Part shown: positions 12,371 to 26,240 of the stretch, piece by piece
Position numbering within the stretch: position 1 is the first letter of the stretch
Layout: every line of letters begins with the position of its first letter
Assembly (NCBI RefSeq): GCF_028641065.1
Contig: NC_073389.1
Coordinates: forward strand, 18,414,001 to 18,478,000
DNA from: Leucoraja erinacea
Taxonomy: Eukaryota
Direction: 5' to 3'
Length of the DNA: 64,000 nucleotides
Position numbers and translations under genes: made by a program
The notes under the pieces: model-generated
The model's database searches: none
What the model was told of the DNA's origin: nothing
What the model saw: only the letters and a program-made list of their open reading frames with translations

Positions 12371-12781
12371 GTTGAGACACTTTTAAGAAGCCAGACAACT
12401 TTTAATAGTTTAGCGGGCATTTAACATTACCGGTCGGTTTACTTACCGTTTTTTTCCTCAACGAGCATTGATTACCTTCGATTGCCTTCGATTACCTATG
12501 ATAACATTACGACCTACTACGACCTACCTTGACTAAACTTACGAGTAAAAAAATATCGATTTTTTCCATGGCGAACTTTTTTTACTCGCGGGCATTTTTC
12601 AGCTTGCAAAAAAAAAAATGCCGCGACCTAACCGAGGCCTCGAGTACGCGGGGCCTACTCTCGAGCATGAAAAAGAGTTACAAAGACCTCCTAGGACCTC
12701 GTGTTGACCATGCTGCGAGTAGGAGTCGAGGGCCAACTCTTCTAAACTCGCCAATTAGGTCCCCGCAGTGGGACAGGCCAT
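12370..12781 (+). mobile_element. MITE right part (family of 38092-38671)
   Basis: Ends ctaaactcgccaattaggtccccgcagtgggacaggcc; shares the taccttcga repeats. Confidence 0.75.
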
Positions 12782-13727
12782 TAAGTCTTCTCCTTGATCT
12801 TGCCTCATTCCTCTATAGTTAGAACCCTCTTTCCCCACCCACTCCTTCCATGACCCTCAAGTTGATTGTGACCTGGTTGATTGCCTTTTTGTAGCCAAAA
12901 ACTTTATGGCAGCAGTCTATCAAAAGTAACATTCCTTGGTCTGTTTCACACCCCTGACATAATTAATCTTTCGAAGTACCAAACCATTTTGAAAGTCTTA
13001 GCTAGTATGGTGTCAATTCTTAGCTGGTGTCAATTTTCATGATTTGTTACTGTATTTGACCAGTACTAACATACTCCCATTAATTGTCACATCATCTGAA
13101 GACTTAACTAACTTCAGAGTAAATAGAGCCATATTAATTATTAGAGATGTTTGGCATATCTAAACTGTCACCATTTTAGAAAAATTGCACGAAAGATGAT
13201 TTAATAATTATCTGTACATATAATAATCTAAAGCTGAGGAATTTAACGAGGCAAAAATATTGCTTAAAAATTAATCATTTTCAATCTGAATTTCAGTACT
13301 GTTCAAAAATATATAATACAAAATTAATCTAAAATACTGTTTTCCTTAATGTTGTTTGTTAGCAGTTCAGTGTTTAGAACATTGAAACAGTCAATTAAAT
13401 ATGAGTGCTGGTTAATTAACTGACATTTTCATTTTTGTCACACTTCAAAGACTTTATAATACCCTATAACTGTGTAGTTTCTGAGTGATTTCAATGTTAC
13501 ATCATTTACACCTCTTGAGATCACAGCCATATGGTGTCTGATGCTAATGGCTTGAATTTCTTAATGTTCACTTTGAAACATTGCGGTGCTGTAGTAAAAT
13601 GACAGCTTACCATCTAGTTGTGGTAAAGCAACCATATTTTACTGAGGAAATGATTAAACATCTTTCTTTATGACCTAAAAATGAATTCCCATATTAAGTG
13701 TATTTGAGCGACTGCCACCTGTTTCTC

Positions 13728-14128
13728 TTTAGTTAACTTTAGATATACAGTGAGGAAACAGGCCCGTCAGCCCACCGAGTCTGCGCCGACCTGTGATCAC
13801 CCCGTACACTACCACTATCCCACACAATGGGGACAATTTACAATTTTACCAAAGCCAATTAACCTACAAACCTTAGCTAGACACAAGATGCTGGAGTAAC
13901 TCAGCAGGACAGGCACCATCTCTGGAGAGAAGGAATGGGTAACGTTTCGGGTCGAGATCCTTCTTCAGATCTGTACGTCTTTGGAATACGGGAGGAAACC
14001 AGAGCACCCGGAGAAAAACCCATGCGATCACAGGGAGACCGTACAGACGGCACCCGTAATCAGGTATGAACCCGGGTCTCTGGCGCAGTAATGCAATAAC
14101 ATTAACCCTGCACCACTGTGTCGTCCCC
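13728..14128 (-). mobile_element. HE1/V-SINE interrupted by a Penelope pLTR piece (13874-13969)
   Basis: SINE sequence aacctacaaacct..ctgtacgtct is split by gacacaagatgctggagtaactcagc..cttcttcaga. Confidence 0.85.
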
Positions 14129-14399
14129 TTCTTAATACTTAAGAAAACTTAGCGGCAGCTTGGTATCAGTTCTGACGTTGGAGCCTGCGATGAAGAATAT
14201 CGGGCTGGGTTTTGCACACAGAAGCCGGTGGGTTGGCTCAGACCTTAATTTAACTTGGCAATTGTCTGAATATATCGAGAAGTCCCTGCGTTATGCCATT
14301 CGATTCCTTGTGAGGCTTTCCGATGGGGAAGTGAAGAACAATGCAGCTGGGAAACCTGCAAATAACCTATTGATTTTAATGGGAAGTAATGGCTTCCAT

Positions 14400-14770
14400 G
14401 CAGGCAACTGGGTCGAGATTAGATGGGGCATCTTGGTTTGTATGGACGAGTTGGGCTGAAGGGCCTGTTTCGGTGATGTATGACTATAACTCTATGGCGA
14501 GGCTGACAGGACAGCCTATTTGTACTCCTATTTTCAGCTCCTCTTAGACTCATGGAGCCATAGAATCATATAGCACGGAAACAGGCCCTTCAGCCCAACT
14601 CGTCCATGCCGACCAAGATGGCCTGTCTAACCTAGTCCCATTATCCCGGGGTTGGTCCACATCCCATGTACCTCTCAATGTACCTGTCCAAGTGTCTTTT
14701 ATATGCTATTATCATAACTTGCCTCAACTACCTCCTCTGGCATCTCGTTCCATGTACCTCACACCCTCTT
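14400..14770. mobile_element. Two CR1 3' tails (plus 14400-14495, minus 14560-14770)
   Basis: gagttgggctgaagggcctgttt tail in both orientations. Confidence 0.75.
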
Positions 14771-15172
14771 CTGTTCATATGATTTAAGGAATAGTACAAT
14801 ATAACATTTAAAAAAATAACTTTGATGGATTAAAACACTTTTTGTTTTGTTTCCAATTGTGTTCCAGTGTGTATGAGAATCTTTGCAATCATTTAGTTGT
14901 TTTTAATTGAATTTTTGTTTTTTATTGGTGTACTGGAGAGAAGGATCAAGGCCTCATTGACTGTCAGGGCAGTCTAGGGGAATCTGCTGTGTTTGGAAAG
15001 ACTTGGTCTGAAGAAGGGCTTCACCCCGAAACATCACCAGTTCTTTTTCTCCAGATCTGCTGCTTGACTCGCTGAGTCACTCCAGCAATCAGCTCCCTGT
15101 TGAAGACTGTGCCTAGGATCCCACAATGGAAGAACAGAGCGAGCTCAGGAAGATCTAGCTCATTATTTACGA

Positions 15173-15470
15173 CAGCATGGTGGTACTGCGCTAGACCTGC
15201 TGCCTCACAGCACCAGAGACCCGGGTTCAATCCTGGGTGCTGTCTGTACGGAATTTATATGTTCTCCCCGTGACCGCGTAGGTTTTATCCGGGTGCTCCA
15301 GTTTCCTCCCACACTCCAAAGGCATACAGGTCTGTAAGTAAATTGGCTTTGGTAAAAACTGTAAATTGTTCCTAGTGTGTAGGATAGTGCTAGTGTACGG
15401 GGGTCGCTTGTCGGCACGGACTCGGTGGGCCAAATGTCCTGTTTCTGCACTGAATTTCTAAACTAAACTA
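15173..15470 (+). mobile_element. HE1/V-SINE
   Basis: Head, V-domain and (ctaaa)n tail. Confidence 0.9.
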
Positions 15471-16594
15471 ATATTATTCACCCGAGTCTTCAGACTGTCC
15501 AGCAAAGTGTGAGGCAACTAATGCTGTAGCCACAGGATCTCACTTTGCCACAATCTGCAATGCAGTGTTATAATATTCAGATGCAGACAGCCACTTGTTA
15601 CAATCAGTAACTTGGCTAACATGCCCAGCTGGGCTCAGATACAATACCCATTTCTTCGCTGCTCCCTGAGGTAGCTGAATGCCAATTTGAATGTTTCCTC
15701 TGGAGGTCATTTGAATTTCAATTTGATTTCACCTGATTGTGCCAAAGGTCACAGAACACCACAAGGGGTGTGCTGGCTCCATGTGAACTTGTCATCTCAG
15801 GGCTCATCCCACCTGCGAGTTAATCGTGACATCTAAATTGACAGCAGCACTGGAAACAGAAACAGTTTATTTATGGTTCCCATGGCAATTGCGGTGCATA
15901 TATTTGCTTTAGCCGGTGTTTTGTATTCTCCCCTGCTTCTCCTTTAACTTTTGTTTTTAAGGAACCTCACTGCATGCACAGATGCGAAATGCCTTGCAAA
16001 CAGTCAGCGATTCCCTTCCTGCTGGTTATCTCAAAATTATTAACACTAACAAGCAAACAAAGGCATTTTTGTTCGATCGTTAAAATATAATGGTGCTAGT
16101 GTTTACAAAAGAATTATTATGCTAGCATGAGTTACATAGGCTTGGCTTTCGTTCATGTATTATTAAAGGAAAGCAGGAACAGCAGAGTCAATGATTTTTA
16201 CTGCATGAGGTAAAAATCTGAAAATTCATAAGGAAAAGAAGAGCATGAATTTTAAGGGAGTTGTGGAGCTGAATCTTTCTCATCTCCCACTTAAGTCTTC
16301 TGGCTCTCATCTGCAGGCAATTATTCCCACTAAAGTAGAGCTCCATAGGACTGCCAATCCTAACCCCGCAGTGAACAATATTTATCCATATATATCAGAT
16401 GACGTTGTGCGTTAATCAAGTGTGTGTAACTTTGCCAGCTCTCGCTAGTCTTCCACAGACTTTCTCACAGAGGCCACTGCATAACTCTCATGATGTTTAA
16501 CCCAAAGGCATAACACTGAAGATGCTGGAGATTTAAAATTAAATAGAAAATAATTGTCAAGCCGCATCCATGGTGAGAGACGTTGAATATAAGG

Positions 16595-17190
16595 TCATAG
16601 AATCAAAGTATCATACAGCATGGAAACAGGTCCTTCAGCCCAACTTGCCCATGCCGACCAAGGTGCCCCATCTATCCTAGAACCACCTGACCACATTTGG
16701 TCCATATCCCTCTAAATATTTCCTATCCATGTATCTGACCAAATGTCTGTGAAATGTTGTTATAGTACCTGCCTCGACAAACCACTCTGGCAGCTCATTC
16801 CATATATGCTCCGTCCTCAATGTGTAAGCTTGGTTTTCATAACATTTTATCCAACACTCCTTCAGCACTATTCAGAGTTGTTGGAGTCATAGTGACACAG
16901 CATGGAAACAGACCCTTCAGCCCAACTCACCCATGCTGACCAGGATGGCCCAGCTACTGTAAGCTCGTCCATTTGCCCATATTTGCTCCATATCCCTCTA
17001 AGCCTTCTCCTATCCGTGTACCTGTCCAAGTGGCTTATAAATACTTTCATAGTACCCGCCTCAACTGCCTCCTCTGGTAGCTCATTCCATAAACCCACCA
17101 CACACTGTGTGAAAATGTTGGCCCTCAGGTTCAAATTTAATCTTTCCCTTATCAGATTAAACCTATGTCCTCTGTTTCTTGATTCCCCTA
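16595..17190 (-). mobile_element. Two tandem CR1 3' fragments
   Basis: IWNELPEW.. and FTQCVVGLWNELPEEAVEAG. Confidence 0.85.
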
Positions 17191-18623
17191 CACTGCTTAA
17201 ACAATTTCAACAACTTCTCCTTCGACTCCTCCCACTTCCTCCAAATCCAAGGCACTCTTGGGCCACAGCTATGCCTGCCTCTCTGTAGTGTACATTTTAA
17301 TAATTGTCTGAAGAAGAAATGCCACCCATTCCTTCTCTCCAGAGATGCTGCCTGCCCTGCTGAGTTACTCCAGCATTTTGTGTCTTTCTTCAGTGCCTGA
17401 AAGACTCTGCAGATTCACCCTATCTATTCCCCTCATGATCCTATGCACCTCTATAAGATCACCACTCATTCTTGTGTATTGCTGTATTAGATGGTCATCA
17501 AGGATTGTGGGCAAGTTGGGCTGAAGGGTATTTTACCACACTGTATGACTCTAAGATGAAGCTTTAACTCCATGTCTTTATCCACAGATCCTATCTGACC
17601 TGTTCTAAAAAAGGGTCGGGACCCAAATCATCACTGTCCATTGCCTCCACAGATGCTGCCTGTCCGTTGAGTTCCTCCAGCACTTTGTGTTTTGCTCAAG
17701 ATTCCAGAACCTGTAGTTCCTTGGTCTCCATTTTACTGCTGTATATTTCCGTCAGATTCTGCATTATATTGGATTATACAATTCTGCTGCCCAGAAGCAC
17801 GGTGGTCAGTTGCCATCACTGCACTGTGATGGAAAATTTAACACAACAGATTGAATTTGTATTCCTTCTGATCTGTGTGATTCACTATCAAGGGTGACAT
17901 TCATCCCTTAAATATCACTTCAATTAGGACATTGAAGCAAAAAAACTGTTTCCAACCAGTGAAGCCTGCTAAAATATTAGTCTCAGTAATCCAAATGATA
18001 TGATTTTCTTTCCATCGATCCACTTATCCATGTTTACACCTGGGTGTCTGTCCATCAATCTATGAATGTGGTTTATCACTTAGTTCCGTACGTTTGTGGT
18101 TTAATATAAAGAGACAGCAGGGAAACACTCCCTTTGGCCCACCACCTCCATGCCAGTCATTAATCATCTGTTCTCACTCGTTCTGTGACCTATTTGTCAC
18201 CTATTTCCTGCACATTAGGGGCAATTTCTAGAGGCCAATTTAGTCTGACACTTCACCTTGCCCTGACTTCACATTTTAGTGTTTTGCCGTTTTGCTTTCT
18301 TATTTTTTTTTTCCTTGCATTACTATGTTTTATTTATCTTTTTGATCCAAGTTTAAAATGTTTACCTTTTCTTTTGTTTTCCCTCCAGCGCTCCTGATCT
18401 TATGGTTCACTGCACTTGAATACCTCTTTTCTTCATCATACCATTTAGAAAGACTTTTTGATGTGATTAATATTTTACAAATAGCTAATATTTAGTTGGC
18501 CAGTGCATAGGTAAAGGAAGTGACTGCAGCTGGGTTGCTACAAGAACATAGAGAGATGAGGTAGGTTTGGTGGTAAAAGTAATGTAGGTGGCAGGTGACT
18601 CAGTGATGATAAAGCAAGCAATG

Positions 18624-18935
18624 GGCAGCACATTGGGGCAGCGGTAGAATTGCCGCCTTACAACATCAGAGACCCGGGTTTGATCCTGACTAGGGGGTGC
18701 TGTCTGTATGGAGTTTGTACCTTCTCCCTGTGACCGCGTGAGTTTTCTCCGGGTGATCCAGTTTCCTCCCACATCCCAAAACCGAACATGTTTGTAGTTT
18801 AATTGGCTTTAGTAAGAAAATTGTCATTTGTCCCTAGTGTGTACGATAGTGTTATTGTGTGTGGTGATTGCTGGTTGGCGCGGACTTGGTAGGAGTAAGG
18901 GCCTGTTTCCGCACGGTATCTCTAAAGGCTAAAAT
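18624..18935 (+). mobile_element. HE1/V-SINE
   Basis: Head, V-domain and tail. Confidence 0.9.
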
Positions 18936-19154
18936 ATAAAGTCATTGGCCGATTGAGGAAAAGAGTGTTAGCAGGCCGAAGGAAGGAGCAGAAGAGAATC
19001 AGAGGCCAGATCATAGAAAATTGAACGTAGAACATTACAGCATGGGAACATCGGATCTTTGATTTCCTTATCATGTATGTATACACTGTACATGGATCGA
19101 TTGGTGATTCCTGATCCCAGGAATGAGTAGGTCAACCAATGCTGAGCGTTTGTC

Positions 19155-19580
19155 GGCACTGGTCCTGTACTCGCTGGAGTTTAGAAGAATGAGGGGAGAC
19201 TTCATTGAAATGTACTGAATAGTGAAAGGCTTGGACAGAGTGGATGTGGATGTGTTTCCACTAGTGAGAGTCTAGGACTAGAGGTCATAGCCTCAGGATT
19301 AAAGAATGTTCTTTTAGGAAGGAGATGAGGAGAAATTTCTTTAGTCAGAGGGTGCTGAATCTGTGTAATTCTTTGCCACAGAAGGCTTTGGAGGCCGTCA
19401 GTGGATATTTTTAAGGCAGAGATAGATAGATTCTTGATTAGTACAAATGTCAGAGGTTATGGGGAGAAGGCAGGAGAATGGAGTTAGGAGGGAGAGATAG
19501 ATCAGCCATGATTGAATGGTGGAGTAGACTTGATGGGCCAAATGGCCTAATTCTACTCCTATTCCTTATGGCCTTATGAT
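19155..19580 (+). mobile_element. CR1 LINE 3' fragment
   Basis: LYSLEFRRMRGD; tail ggccaaatggcctaattctactcct. Confidence 0.85.
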
Positions 19581-19794
19581 TGTAATCATGTATTGTCTTT
19601 CTGCTGGCTGGGTAACACCCAACAATAGCTTTTCACTGTACCTCGGTACACGTGGCAATAAACTAAACTCTGAAGTGTTATTTAAAAATGTATGTCACCC
19701 TTGATAGTGAGTCACACAGAGCAGAGGGAATACAGACACGATCCACCATGCTAAATTTTTCCAATACAGTGCAGTGATGACAACTGACCATAAG

Positions 19795-20560
19795 GTCTGC
19801 GCCAAACATAATCCCCAGATAAACTAATCTCCTCTACCTGCAAGTGATCCATATACCTCCATTCCCTGCATTTGCATGTGCCTATCTAAAAGCCTCTTAA
19901 ATGTAATGATCTTATTTGCCTTCTTCATCTCCTCTGGTAGCATGTTCTAGGCACCTACCACTCTCCCCCGTACAACGTCCCCCGTACATCTCCATTAAAC
20001 TTTCTCCGTCTCACCTTACAGCTATGCTTTCTAGTCTTTGATATTTCTACCCTGGTAAAAAGCTTCTAACTATCTATCTGATCTGATATGCTTACTTCTA
20101 TCAGGTCTCCACTCAGCATCTGACACTCGAGAGGAAACAATAAAGTTTGTACAGTCTCTCCTTAAAATTATTACCCTCTAATCCAGACATCATTCTGGTA
20201 AACCTCTACTGCTCCCCTCCCCACAGCCTCCACACCCTTCCTGTAATGGGGCAACCAGAACTGACACAATGATCCAAAGGTGGCCTAGCCAAAGTCCAAT
20301 AAAGTCGCAATATGGCATCCTAAATCTTATGTTCAATGCTTTGACCTATGGTGGCAAGCATGTGCCTACTTTGCCACTCTATCTAATTGTATTGTCACTT
20401 TCAGGGAGCTATGGACTTGACACCAAGATGCCTCTGTACATCAATATTATTGAGGTCCTTGCAATTAGCTGTATACCTTCCCATTAGATTCGATCCCCCC
20501 AAGTACAGCAACATACATTTGCTCGAATTAAACTCCATCTACCATTTGTCTACCCATTTC
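19795..20560 (-). mobile_element. Older CR1 LINE fragment
   Basis: Reverse strand shows degraded CVSVLVAPLQEG and lerlyklyc-like RT C-terminal segments. Confidence 0.7.
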
Positions 20561-21408
20561 AGTGGCAGCAAATGGGGGAATGGGATTGGTGGCCATGTAC
20601 TTTAGCAAGGAGCTGGTCTTTCTGATGATTGTCATTAACCTGAATGGAGACTGTCTGACCCATGAACATTCAAAGTCAAGAAGGGGAGCATACTTGAGGC
20701 AATCCTCAAGAGCAAACGCCCTGTGGTCTCAGAAAAGGACAAAAAGATGGGAGAAAATTGAGGGGAACAACCCAGGAGATTGCTGATGAAGTCAATGTCA
20801 GTGTGAATTCAGGAGGACGATGGGGTTACTGATGCAGAGAGCAGTTCCTGTTGTTGGAGGGAATAGATGTGGTGTCCTTCCACACTCACACTCATAGAAG
20901 GGAGCCGACCCCAAACATGGCCTATCCGTGTTCTCCAGAGATGCTCTCTGGTCTCCTGGGTTGCTCCAGCACTAAAGTGTCTTTTTTGGTAAACCAGCAG
21001 TTCCTTGTGCCTAAAGTTTAAATTTGCTTGTTTGATCTTCAAAGCAGACTGTGGTTGATGGATAGTCACTGTGGATAGCTCACTTTTCCCATTTTGGTAT
21101 CATTGTGATGCATTTGCCATAACAGGACTTCAATCGACATGAATGCATGACTCACACACTCAATGTTGGCAACCAGATTCCTGATGGGTAAAGGTGTCAG
21201 GGGATATGGTAAGAAGGCAGGAGAATGAGGTTGAGAGTGAAAGATCGATCAGTCATGATTGAATGATGGAGTAAATTTGATGGGCCGAATGGCCTAATTC
21301 TGCTCTTAGAACTTATGAACTTATGAATTACCTCATACACCTGAAAATTGGCATATGTATTGATCGGCTATTCCACCCAATCTGTTTTGAATGCCAGGCT
21401 GTTTCCAG

Positions 21409-22448
21409 TAGCAATGTTAGAACATTTTGAGATTTTAAAAATCAAGTCTGCAATTTACCCCATCAGATAAAGCATAAAAATAAGTTTAATTTGACACCTA
21501 ATTCACATTCATATCTCAAGTATTTAAAAAGTTATGGCCATTTTCATACTCGGAAATTAGCATCTTGTTCCCTATTGATTTTCTATGGACATAACAAAAA
21601 AGCTGTGATTGTGGACAGTCAAAAGCCCATAACTTTCTTAAAAATTAAGAGAACTGAATGAAATTTTCAGTTATCATAGATTGAAGCATTCTGAAACAAA
21701 TATAAAATAATCTTACTTGGATGACCTGAAATTAAAGCATATAATTAGTTAGTTACCCAATTGTAGCTAATTTCACTTCAATTACTAGATCTAAACATCT
21801 ATCCATTTCTTAATAAATGATTAACATTTTTAAATAGCCTAAGTGTCCAAATAATATTCACAAATAATTCACAATAAAACATGATTTTTAAGTCTCATTT
21901 ACATTAATTTATAGGCCAAATGGAAGGAATTTAGTGTTCAATTGCTGTAAATTAAAGTCCATTTAAATCAGCTTTCTAGTGGGATCCTGTGAACGCGCTG
22001 GTTTAGAACGTTCACATTGCAGTAGATTTGTGCCCTCAAATGCCCCAAAAAATATTGCGGGATATAATGGGCCCGAAATTAGCTACTCGCAACATTAAAC
22101 TTTGCATAAACGGATCTTAAGAAGCCCTTTTTAACGTAAAAATAAACAGCCTACCTTCTGCTTTCCCCTGTATGAGATCCGGCCAGTTGCTGGCGGTCGG
22201 GGTTTTAGAGGTTAATTTTTAACCTACTATAACAAGTATAGAAAGCCCTTAAAACTAAAAATAGCTCCAGCTACGGAATCTTCCAGCGATTTTTCATTAA
22301 TAATTAACTAGGCTGAAAAACCTCGATTTGAACAGCCTAGTGAAAAATCGCGTTTTAAACCCGCCCCCCTCTAAACGGCATCAAAATCGCGCACACGGGC
22401 TGGGACAGATTTTCAGCGACGCTTCAGGTAGGCTTTGCAACATACCTA
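21409..22448 (+). mobile_element. Non-autonomous DNA transposon, TAG..CTA ends, 7-bp TSD (tttccag)
   Basis: Ends tagcaatgttag..gcaacataccta; tttccag at 21402-21408 and 22449-22455; homologous to 26241-27288. Confidence 0.9.
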
Positions 22449-24007
22449 TTTCCAGGAGATAAAATCACCACAATGAAACAGGAAGGAGATTTAGAAAGCC
22501 ACGGATAATGGAAAACAAAGCAGCAGTCACAGTGGGCCATTGGGAATGGTAGGGAGGTGGAGGGAAGAATGATAGACAGTTGGATGGAGGGAAGAGATAT
22601 TCAGGCACAAAATACAAGCATCAATGAGATGTAGATAAAGCAAACTAATGACTTCCAGCCCAAATTGCAAAAATATTACTGCTGTTAAAGTAGCCCGCTC
22701 CCATATGCCAGGTTATTCACATCTGTTAATTAATGAAACATTGCTCCTGGCATGAGAATGCTCAGAAAATCTAGGGAAGAACTTGTTTAGATAATTCTGC
22801 AGCCCAAATGAGGCATCATGCACATCAATGCTGCTTCAAATATGGTGTTTATCCTGGCTACAAAATGCCAGTACGTCCAATTTTCATTCACATGCTACCA
22901 GCCAATATGGCTTGGTGCCATCTTCAGAGTTTATTAAATCCACCCTAACATGCAGATGGTGTCATTTTTGATTTGTTGGACTTGATCCTAAATTAGGAAA
23001 AAACAATTAACATCAACTATCGCTAGCCTGTTCCTTTGTGTTGGATTGAAAAATAATTTAACCACACGTATTCAACTGCAACAATGAAATTGCATTAAAA
23101 CTAAATGTGCGTATTTAGTCACATCAGAGTAATCCACTGGAAATATTTCCCAGTTAATTATTAGTTAATTTTAGTCTTTTGTTCGGTAATGCATAGAGGA
23201 GTAATCAAAACTGTTTAGTTTGAGCATTGAGTGCCATAGATTTTTATACAATAGTCTCGTGAAAAATATAGATATGTTTCTGCAGTAAGTCATTCTTGGC
23301 TGCGTTGCGAATGTGAATTTGATTTAAATGAGAATAACCTATGTGAATAAAAGATGTTACAAACAAAGCTGAGCATCTAATATGGATATATTAAGCAGAG
23401 ATGGCACTGGTTTAATTATTTTAACATTCTCGTTTCCAACTAATGTTCAAAATATGGATGATTATTTCCCTTCAAATTACTAAATAATCGGTTACATTTA
23501 TTCAGTTTATGACAACACAGCCTTGAACAAAGTATAGACACAAAGAACTGCAGATGCTGGTTTATTAAAAACACACACACTCAGGCAGCATCTCTGGAGG
23601 ACATGGATAGGAGACATTTTGGGTAATCCATGTTCCCCAGAGATGCTGCGTGATCCTCTGAGTTACTCAAGCACTTCGAATCTTTTTTTTGAACTAAGTA
23701 TTCTTGGTTCGCTGTGAAACAAAACATTAATGACTCTTCCAGCCTTACGCCAATAGATCCACTACAGCGGAACCTTATCCCTCCCCAAACACGCTTAATA
23801 CTTATCCTCTGCGTGTGTCTCATAGGTCCACATATTAATCCACCCCAATTCAATGCATCAATAAAATGGAACTCATAAGCCATTCCCCATCACCTATTCC
23901 AAAATATGCTCTGAAATTTTGTTTTTTAGGCATGAGACTCCTTTAGATATTGCTGATCAGCTCCTAACTTAATATTGTCAAGTAATTCGCTGCCAATGGA
24001 TTACCTT

Positions 24008-24291
24008 CTTAGTTTAGTTTAGTTTAGTTTAAAGATACAGGCCAGAAACAGGCCCTTCAGCCCACCTAGTCCACAACGACCAGCTATCCCCGCACATTAA
24101 CACTATCCTACACACACTAGGGACAATTTTACATTTATACCAAAAAATTAACATAAGTCTGTACGTCTTTGGAGTGAGAGGAAACCAAAGATCTCGTACA
24201 ATCTCCGTACAGACAGCACCCATAGTCGGGATCGAACCCGGGTCTCTGGCGCTGTAAGACAGCAACTCTACCGCTGTGCCGCCGTGTCGCC
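24008..24291 (-). mobile_element. HE1/V-SINE
   Basis: Reverse-complement head ggcgacacggcggcacagcggtagag; (tttag)n tail. Confidence 0.9.
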
Positions 24292-25069
24292 ACAAGGTTA
24301 ACAAAGTAGAAACTGGTCAACAAGCATGAAGAGTGAAACATATTTCTAGTGGAACCTATTGCTCCCACCCTCTCACAGGTTGGGACAAAAAGAGAGTTTG
24401 TCTGGTTCTTAACTTTCACCCCACCAGCCTCCTCAACAAACTCAAGAATGCTAGGAAATTAACTAGACCAATGGAGGGGGGAAGGAAATCATGTTGATTG
24501 ACAAGAAAATAATATCACCCCGTGAGAATAAGGTAACTATCACATTGGGAGGGATAACATTGGAGGGAAAAAGCAAAAACGGGAATGAAAATGTCTCCAG
24601 AGACTCCCATATTGACTCAGCTAGGAAGGGTCAAGGCAATAACTGTGTTGGTTTGGACAGCATAGTTGCCAAGGAACATCTACAGGGAGAGACAGATAGA
24701 TGGGTGTGAAGATGCAGATAGAGTAGACAGAGCATTTGCCCAGGGTGGAAATGTCAATGACTAGCCTTGCACTTTATCTTTTGCTGCCTTGGAGGAAAAC
24801 TTATTTGCATGAAACAAAAGCTCATCACCTACTCCATCACCCCAATATCAGCATAGTATATGAAGAGTTAATGCTTTGGTGTTAGTCTTTGGCTATTATA
24901 CCAAGAGGACTTGCTGATCTTTGTCGGGTGGTCACATGCTGGACTTTATTTAATGTTTTAACTGGAAGACAGGTCACCAGAACATATAGTCCATGGGCCA
25001 GAAGGGCCTACCGTGCACCCCCCCCTATGATCCTACTTCTTGGGGGGGTTCAGTATGAAAATCACCAAG

Positions 25070-26240
25070 CTCAGCCCGAGGTTTCACAAATTTGTTACGC
25101 TGTTGCATCAGTTTGATTGGCTGGACTTTGCCGATTCCTTTGAAGGCACTTGTTGAGCCACAGCCTGAGAACGCATGCAGTGCAAGTAATGCTGAGCAAT
25201 ATTCTGAGGAGGACTGCTTCTGGGTGACATCTATTAGCCTTTGCCTGTTGCCGCTCCCTGTGTCAAAGAACACCGTGGTGTCTTGAATGCTGTTTGCATA
25301 GTGAAGCAATATGAAGAAGATTTTGCTGTCTGGGCTTTTGACTTGTACGTGGTCATATCCTTGCTCTTTGCCATAGTTGCAGTAAAGGATGACTCGCAAA
25401 TCTGTTTCTTCTTGGTTTGACTTCAGGGATTGAATCTCAGACAGCGGTGTCTCTTTCCCATTCTGAAAAGTAAGACATGTGGCCTCTCCTTCCTTAATGA
25501 AGATCACTGTCCTCACTGACCAGGTAGCCTCTTTGCCATAATCATGCTCACTCCACACATAAAAAATAAGTTTAATGAGCTGTTTCTTGTTCTCATCATT
25601 GGTCAAGAACTGCTTCCAATCTCTTGGTTCTTTGGTCTTTCCTCCTTTGATTATTCTCTTCTCCGCACACCCACGCCGTGTTCGTTCACTTAACTTCACT
25701 GAATCTGGTTTGTACATATCGGTACTGAAGACTACATTATTATTGAAGATTTTTGATGCCAATCTCTTTGAAGTTTGCAGGAATCTCTTTGAGATAGTAG
25801 AATGCAACATTGCCATATCTTGTTACTGGCAGGAGGTTGTGAGTTGTCTACATCTTTCAATAGGTAGTGTAGGCCCTTGGATTTATATGTCGTTGCAAAT
25901 AAGTTGTCTGATGTACCAATGGAGTAGGGTACAGGGGTCAGAAAGTACTTCATAATTTCCTGTAGATTGAGCTGTCTGCCAGAACTTTGTGCTTTGACCA
26001 TCAGTTGAAAAGCAATATCTCCTTGTTGCTTGTACTCTATAACCTTTCGTTCAGATGTTTTCAACTTCACTCTTTTCTTTGTTTCTGCCATTGTTTTGAG
26101 CTTCAGATTCTTGATGGGTTCGGAGAATGCTGTCTTTTTCTCAAGTCGCTCTCTGATGAACGTCTCTTTCTGTTCTTTCCCTGTGGTAAATACCTTTATG
26201 ACATCTTTCTCAATTTCAGCCGGAACACGTGCACCAGAAG
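25070..26240 (-). pseudogene. Academ C-terminal XPG/FEN1-like nuclease region (frameshifted)
   Basis: Motifs matching DGNA, VFD.Y, EEAD, S.DTD and HAF.GCD..S.F.G.GK (H3TH); several acidic residues substituted (DSK, GCG). Confidence 0.8.

Noticed and set aside
25025-25816. 263-aa ORF as a host FEN1/XPG/Asteroid gene
   Set aside because: Intronless, frameshifted, catalytic acidic residues altered, and contiguous with transposase-like sequence, so it is better explained as Academ.
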